Shown here piece by piece: positions 63,398 through 64,000 of a stretch of 64,000 nt of DNA. The DNA lies in NCBI RefSeq assembly GCF_006345805.1, contig NC_043004.1:93744001-93808000 (forward strand), read 5' to 3'. The stretch's first letter is position 1. Every line of letters begins with the position of its first letter. Source of the stretch: Octopus sinensis (taxonomy: Eukaryota). The notes under the pieces were generated by a model. That model did not search any database. It was not told the DNA's origin and was given only the letters and a program-made list of their open reading frames with translations. The position numbers and the translations under genes were made by a program.

Positions 63398-64000
63398 TTT
63401 TCGTCCTAAAAAACTTTGTATGGATTGCATGGTTACCTCTATGGAAATATATACACGCACATTATACATACATGTGTGTATAGATGAATATATAAATACA
63501 TTTAAATATCTATATACACTTTTGGGCGATCTTTCTTTTCTTAGAGATAACTTTAGATCTTATATTCGTCCTAAAAAACTTTGTATGGAGTGAAAGGTTA
63601 CCTCTATGGAATATATACACACACATTATACATACATCTGTGTATAGATGAATATATAAATACATTTAAATATCTATATACACTTTTGGGCGATCTTTCT
63701 TTTCTTAGAGATAACTTTAGATCTTATTTTCGTCCTAAAAAACTTTGTATGGAGTGAATGGTTACCTCTATGGAAAATATACACACACGTTATACATACA
63801 TGTGTGCATAGATGAATATATAAATATATTTAAATATCTATATACACTTTTGGGCGATCTTTCTGCTACTTGTATATACTTTAGATCTTATATTCGTCCT
63901 AAAGAACTTTGTATGGAGTGAAAGGTTACCGCTATGGAAATATATACACACACATTATACATACATCTGTGTATAGATGAATATATAAATACATTTAAAT
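63398..64000. repeat. Tandem repeat, 164-165-bp unit, at least 3.6 copies, running off the window
   Basis: CGTCCTAAA recurs at 63402, 63567, 63731 and 63895. Confidence 0.95.

Overview
AT-rich, repeat-saturated animal genomic DNA with one 100-N gap (39165-39264). The SINE families and the density of (TATG)n, (GATA)n, (TA)n and (CAT)n microsatellites look like an octopus (coleoid cephalopod) genome; that assignment is an inference from recall, not a database hit. No host protein-coding gene can be named with confidence. Almost all ORF-track entries come from microsatellites, SINEs or transposons. Supported content: (1) a full-length RTE-clade LINE (58546-62504, minus strand, 7-bp TSD) whose frameshifts all fall in homopolymer runs, so it may be intact, with an HDV-ribozyme-like pseudoknot at its 5' end; (2) older RTE, CR1, R4-like (RLE) and Penelope-like (GIY-YIG) fragments, plus a hammerhead-like motif at 46170-46215; (3) Tc1, mariner and hAT/Charlie remnants and MITEs, one family carrying TTAGGG tracts with an 8-bp TSD; (4) four copies of a Helitron family, one retaining a PIF1 helicase fragment; (5) dozens of SINEs from at least five families, with a CR1 fragment that shares the 3' tail of the commonest one; (6) several local duplications and long palindromes. 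Unique sequence alternates between CpG-poor and CpG-retaining domains. A candidate spliced minus-strand transcript (exons about 30808-30950, 24412-24478 and from 23002 downward) spans one CpG-poor domain. Coordinates of degenerate repeats are approximate.
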